Below, in pieces: positions 59,738 through 64,000 of a stretch of 64,000 bases of DNA. Numbering within the stretch: the stretch's first letter is position 1; each line of letters begins with the position of its first letter. Made by a program: the position numbers and the translations under genes. Origin of the DNA: Promethearchaeota archaeon (GTDB taxonomy: Archaea; Asgardarchaeota; Lokiarchaeia; Sigyniarchaeales; SOKP01); the NCBI GenBank assembly GCA_048938895.1, contig JBHLLU010000015.1, forward strand, positions 1 through 64,000, written 5' to 3'. The notes beneath the pieces were generated by a model, which worked only from the letters and a program-made list of their open reading frames with translations, was not told where the DNA came from and searched no databases.

Positions 59738-60077
59738 CCCCTGTAAAGCTTATTTCTATATAGAACTAGTTTTACAGAATGTAAATGAAAATAAAATAAT
59801 ATTTGGAATAAATTACATTTTATAATGGATCTGTTAAGTAATATACTAGAACCATTAAATATTTAAATTTTTACATTCTTCATGGGATAGTGCATAGTTC
59901 CTTTATTATCTAACCGAAAGATTTAAATAATATCCGTCCCTATTATAATTTAAGGAATAAAATTTACGTTTTATAACTTGTTCTTCTTTTTCTCTGTTAT
60001 CATCAAAATTCAATAAATGAATAAAAATTAATGTTAATTTAAATCTAAACTTTTTAAAATCTAGGTTAAAAAATTAA

Positions 60078-61811
60078 TTATTCTTGCTTTTCAATATAAT
60101 CTAAATTATCCATTAATGATCTTAATTTAAGAGCTTTTGATCCTCCAGAAATTTGAATATTTACTAATGAGTCATCTTTTGTCCCGGTCACATTAATTTC
60201 TATTAAAAGGTCTTCTGTCCGAATTTGTTTTGTCTGTCTTTGATTAAATGCATCCTTAAAAGGTTGATCCAAATCAGAAAATTCAGCAACTATGTCTGCC
60301 CAGACATCTTTCCAATAAGAAAACTTTATTATATAATCAGTAACAGTCTGTTTGTAAAGCTCATGATTACACCATTCGATCAAATCTCCTCTATTTGGAA
60401 AGTCAATTTTTTCCAAAAGATTATTTCTTATTTCCGCTAATTTATTAATATCCCCTTTCTTCGCCGCATCCTTTATTTCTTGAGCAATAGGAGGGTAATT
60501 TTTATTATTTACTGAATTTATAAATGGAATTAAATCAAATTTTACAATCAAATCGTTTTTTTCAAATTTCTTAATTTCTGTTAAGTCGCTTTCTTTAGAA
60601 TTTCCTTCTCGAAATCGCTCAGTAATTTCATAACTTGGTTCTCTGTTTTTAAATCGCTTTTGAATTAATTTCAACATATTCTCGGAAAATGCATATTTAT
60701 TTCCAAAATATGGAGATTTATCTAACTCTCTTTTTACATAAACAGCTCGATGTGAAATTACATAAGGAGCAATAGTATTTACAATATTGATATCAACTAT
60801 ACTAATACCTAATAACCATGCTAAGGCTTTCGAGTATCTCAATAAATCTTTTGCTACACGTACACTTAAGATTGTATCAATTTTATTACAGATATTTTGA
60901 GCTGTATCAAAATGACACCCGGAACATAAACCTGTGCTTGGTTTTAAATCTTCTGTGTTACCCTTGTCGACTCTCGAACATAACGTAAATTCTCTGATTA
61001 TAGCATGAATGTAATTATTAACCTCTGGAGAAAAAGATACTCTGTTAACATAGTACCAAATTTCCATTAACTCATCAATAGTTAAAACCTTAGGAACTTG
61101 GATTAATTCATCAAATCCAGAATATTTTTCATCCTTACCTGCTAAAATCAATTGTAAATCATGACTCGCAGGCATTGCAATTGGAACTGAAACTCCAAAT
61201 CTATCTAGGAACGGTTGAGATAGTTCAAATGTTCCTATATCATTTGGATTTATTGTAGCATAAAGGCAGTATTTATTAATTGTTGTTATTGAATCATAAT
61301 ATTTTACTGTACCTTCAGCGAGAAGGGAAAGGAGTATATCTTGAGCATATGGAGTAAGTCGATTTACCTCATCAATAATTTTCCAAAAATTTGTAACAAA
61401 TTGCCTCCATACAACTTCTTCTTCTCCCTCTTTCATTAATTTTCCCAATTTTAAAGTTCCAATTAGTTTCTCCTCAGTTAATTGTGGATGTCCTCTAATT
61501 ATCGAACTTTCTATTTCATTAAGTGAAATTGCCGTAAACATCCGACCTAAAATTTTGGTGAGACTCGTTTTTCCGCCACCGTGGCCACCGATTAAGAGCA
61601 TAGCGGAATTAGGGACGATGGCATTTAATATGCATAAAGTTAATATTTCAGGTAAAGATCTTGATTGGACTTTTTTAGTACTTTCTATAGCATATTTGAT
61701 GTTTAATTCTTTATAGTGAACAAAAAGTTGATTCGCTTGAATTAAATTGATAATTCTCCAAATTTTTTTCCTTAAAATTTCATCTTCCCTTAGATTTGTC
61801 GGCATATACAC
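60078..61811 (-). CDS. MoxR-like AAA+ ATPase
   Basis: GGHGGGKT, IIDEVNR, ATINP, PFLDRF, SVR; Cys-rich insert CSGC...C. Confidence 0.85.
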   Translation of the reverse strand: MYMPTNLREDEILRKKIWRIINLIQANQLFVHYKELNIKYAIESTKKVQSRSLPEILTLCILNAIVPNSAMLLIGGHGGGKTSLTKILGRMFTAISLNEIESSIIRGHPQLTEEKLIGTLKLGKLMKEGEEEVVWRQFVTNFWKIIDEVNRLTPYAQDILLSLLAEGTVKYYDSITTINKYCLYATINPNDIGTFELSQPFLDRFGVSVPIAMPASHDLQLILAGKDEKYSGFDELIQVPKVLTIDELMEIWYYVNRVSFSPEVNNYIHAIIREFTLCSRVDKGNTEDLKPSTGLCSGCHFDTAQNICNKIDTILSVRVAKDLLRYSKALAWLLGISIVDINIVNTIAPYVISHRAVYVKRELDKSPYFGNKYAFSENMLKLIQKRFKNREPSYEITERFREGNSKESDLTEIKKFEKNDLIVKFDLIPFINSVNNKNYPPIAQEIKDAAKKGDINKLAEIRNNLLEKIDFPNRGDLIEWCNHELYKQTVTDYIIKFSYWKDVWADIVAEFSDLDQPFKDAFNQRQTKQIRTEDLLIEINVTGTKDDSLVNIQISGGSKALKLRSLMDNLDYIEKQE

Positions 61812-61871
61812 TATTCTCTTCAGATTTTCAATATTAAATAAGAAGCAGTATGAATATATAATTTTTTTGGA

Positions 61872-62564
61872 TTATAATTTAAGAATTTCATCTAACCTTT
61901 CGATAATATAATCTGGTTGGAATTTCCATTTAGAAATTTCCTTAGTTGACCTGAATTTACTTCTATTTATCAGACATGCAGAAATATTTGCTTTTTTGGC
62001 AGCAATGATATCAGAAATAGAATCTCCAATCATTAAGGCTCTATGAATATTTTGATCATATTCAAATTTCTTCAAGATTGACAAAATTCCACTAGGAGAA
62101 GGTTTTGCGAGCTTTTCGTCATTCTTTGAACCCATACTAAAGATTTCATGAAAATAGGAAGAAATATTAAACTGTTTTATAATAAAATCTACAACATAAT
62201 CAGCAGTATTAGAGACTATGGCAATTTTTTTATCCTCTTTATGATTATAAATTTTTTTTAATACTTCCTCAACCTCCTCAAACAATGAAATTTTATTTTG
62301 ACTATACATGATTTTTCGATGTTTAAAATCAACTTTATCAAAATATTCCCAAAATTTATTGGCTTGAGGAACCTCCCATTTATTCAAGATTTCAATATAA
62401 TTATCACCAGAACCCCAAAATTGACGTCTTTCATGTTTGTCTGGGATATTGGGAGTTTTTAAATTAATTAATGTTTCTTCTAAGAGCATATCAGCATAAG
62501 GACCTATATCCCCAAGATTAAGCAGAGTCCCATCTAAATCAAATAAAAAAACATCAAATTTCAT
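61872..62564 (-). CDS. HAD-superfamily hydrolase
   Basis: FDLDGTL, VSN, KPSP, IGDSISD. Confidence 0.9.
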   Translation of the reverse strand: MKFDVFLFDLDGTLLNLGDIGPYADMLLEETLINLKTPNIPDKHERRQFWGSGDNYIEILNKWEVPQANKFWEYFDKVDFKHRKIMYSQNKISLFEEVEEVLKKIYNHKEDKKIAIVSNTADYVVDFIIKQFNISSYFHEIFSMGSKNDEKLAKPSPSGILSILKKFEYDQNIHRALMIGDSISDIIAAKKANISACLINRSKFRSTKEISKWKFQPDYIIERLDEILKL

Positions 62565-62582
62565 GAGGTGTTCATGTTTGTT

Positions 62583-62936
62583 TCAAAAATACCCTATATG
62601 ACCTAAATTGTTTTTATTTTCATCCAAGGCATAAACCATTCCCATTGATAAAGGTTCTTCATCTGTCTCCTTGGTTGATTTTGCTACTTTTTTCAAAGTG
62701 ACCAGTTTTAAGATAAAAGTTCCATTACATTTTTTACATTTAATATAAATTTCTTTCGTATGCTTCTTTTCATCTTCATATTCTTCTTTCTTAAAAGGTT
62801 CGAGTAGATCTGGATTTTCATTGTTACAATTAACCAAAAAACATTGATCAAGTGAAATCTTCTCCATTCCTCTTCGTGCGAGAGCAATATAAGCATGACT
62901 TGGTATTTCTTCCATTAATTCTTTAGAATCTGTCAT
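62583..62936 (-). CDS. Small zinc-finger hypothetical protein
   Basis: CFLVNC...CKKC. Confidence 0.65.
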   Translation of the reverse strand: MTDSKELMEEIPSHAYIALARRGMEKISLDQCFLVNCNNENPDLLEPFKKEEYEDEKKHTKEIYIKCKKCNGTFILKLVTLKKVAKSTKETDEEPLSMGMVYALDENKNNLGHIGYF

Positions 62937-63091
62937 AATTATTTAATAAAAAGGGTCTAAATAATTCTTATTTTTATATTATATAGAAGTTACTGGAAAT
63001 CAATTTATAAAAGTTACCTAAAATCTATCATTAGGTTGTCAAATGGTTAAGCTTAATTAAGTTTTAAATTTATACTTATTTGAATAATACT

Positions 63092-63397
63092 ATGACGAAA
63101 AAAGAAGAATTTACCAAGGAAACAATTGAACATCTCTCTAAATTATCATTACTCAACTTATCTGAGGAGGAAAAAGAAAACCTTTCTAAACAACTTGGGG
63201 ATATCCTAAGTTATTTTAAGAAATTAGACGATTTAGATACAACTAATGTTGCTCCTACTACACATCCAATTAAAGGATTAGTGAATGTTTTTAGAGAGGA
63301 TGAGCCAAGAGAGTCTCTTTCAAATGAAGAAGCTACAAAAAATACAAAGCATAAACAAGACGGGTATTTCAAAGCTCCAAGGATATTAAAAAAATAG
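63092..63397 (+). CDS. gatC: Asp/Glu-tRNA amidotransferase subunit C
   Basis: EHLSKLSLL, L.DILSY, LDT.NV.PT, VFRED, GYFKAPRI. Confidence 0.92.
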   Translation: MTKKEEFTKETIEHLSKLSLLNLSEEEKENLSKQLGDILSYFKKLDDLDTTNVAPTTHPIKGLVNVFREDEPRESLSNEEATKNTKHKQDGYFKAPRILKK

Positions 63398-63410
63398 ACT
63401 TAATTGATTA

Positions 63411-64000
63411 CTACTTTTTATATTCATCAGTTAATTTCCTTATAGCTCCCGCCATATCTCGAAGGGCTTGTCTTCTTTCCGTGGGAGTCATATTATCAAA
63501 ATCATCACCCACATCTGAGCCAATTGTAGAAGCCATAACTTGGAATTTTTTGTAAACTAATCCACCAATATAACGATCATAATAAGATAATGCCTTCTCT
63601 AGTTTTGGATCATCTTTTATTTCTTCCCATAGTTCTAAAGTTTCCAGTGATTTTATCCCTAAATCTATTCGAAACCAACTAATTGGAAAAAGTAATTGCC
63701 TTTCAATTCCCATATCAATAATTTCAAGATTTTCTTCGTCAATGTAGAGTTCTGGAATTACATCTTCCTTAAAAACGATATTATCACTCATGATATAAAG
63801 ATTAGCAGCACCACGCGATGTACAAACTATCCCTGTAGCAAAACCCCTGGCCAATCTTAAACTATCTGCGTAATCTTCTAACTTTGTACCAGTTAAATGA
63901 AGATTTACTTTTTTAGTTCCTTGAAATTCAAGTTTAATTTTCTTACTTCCTTTTGCATCGGATAAAATCTGTGGAAATAGTTCTTTATCTCGAGTCTTCT
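63411..64000 (-). CDS. Hypothetical protein (partial; frame open to window end)
   Basis: Frame of the track ORF 63411..63854 has no stop up to 63998 (KTRDKELFPQILSDAKG...DSLRLARGFATG). Confidence 0.7.
   Translation of the reverse strand, partial: KTRDKELFPQILSDAKGSKKIKLEFQGTKKVNLHLTGTKLEDYADSLRLARGFATGIVCTSRGAANLYIMSDNIVFKEDVIPELYIDEENLEIIDMGIERQLLFPISWFRIDLGIKSLETLELWEEIKDDPKLEKALSYYDRYIGGLVYKKFQVMASTIGSDVGDDFDNMTPTERRQALRDMAGAIRKLTDEYKK

Noticed and set aside
2348-62896. Numerous 60-125 aa track ORFs nested in or antisense to long genes (e.g. 3693..3989, 19840..20052, 31160..31471, 42874..43245, 56240..56521)
   Set aside because: They overlap well-supported genes and show no motifs; treated as shadow ORFs
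1-64000. CRISPR array, rRNA, integrase or prophage
   Set aside because: No regularly spaced repeats, rRNA-like GC-rich stretch or mobile-element genes seen; the tRNA has no evident att duplication

Overview
AT-rich archaeal window, almost certainly from an Asgard archaeon of the Lokiarchaeia type (inference from longin/Roadblock-small GTPase fusions, a gelsolin-domain protein, a PAC2 chaperone, an intron-containing tRNA with a bulge-helix-bulge motif and a eukaryote-like SECIS). The strongest hidden signal is that the 'hypothetical' minus-strand ORF 16910..17770 is probably a selenoprotein. Its frame continues upstream through a single in-frame TGA (17789-17791) to an AGGAGGT ribosome-binding site, and its 3' UTR folds into a eukaryote-like SECIS (16829-16907). 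Next to it are two tandem ~2,650-aa surface proteins: 3x DUF2341+LamG outside, a TM helix, and a uDENN/longin-like plus winged-helix-like tail inside. They share near-identical DNA patches and sit between two small-GTPase genes. Other notable items are a tandem pair of 7TM-longin proteins, a divergent gamma-lyase/MttB/corrinoid/MttB cluster, an SDR-QueC fusion opposite queD, a TPR-longin-RING protein, tRNA-Leu(CAG) with a non-canonical 32/33 intron, apparent ATT/ATA start codons and several unannotated small ORFs. No CRISPR array, rRNA or transposase was seen. All domain calls are by motif recognition; no searches were run.
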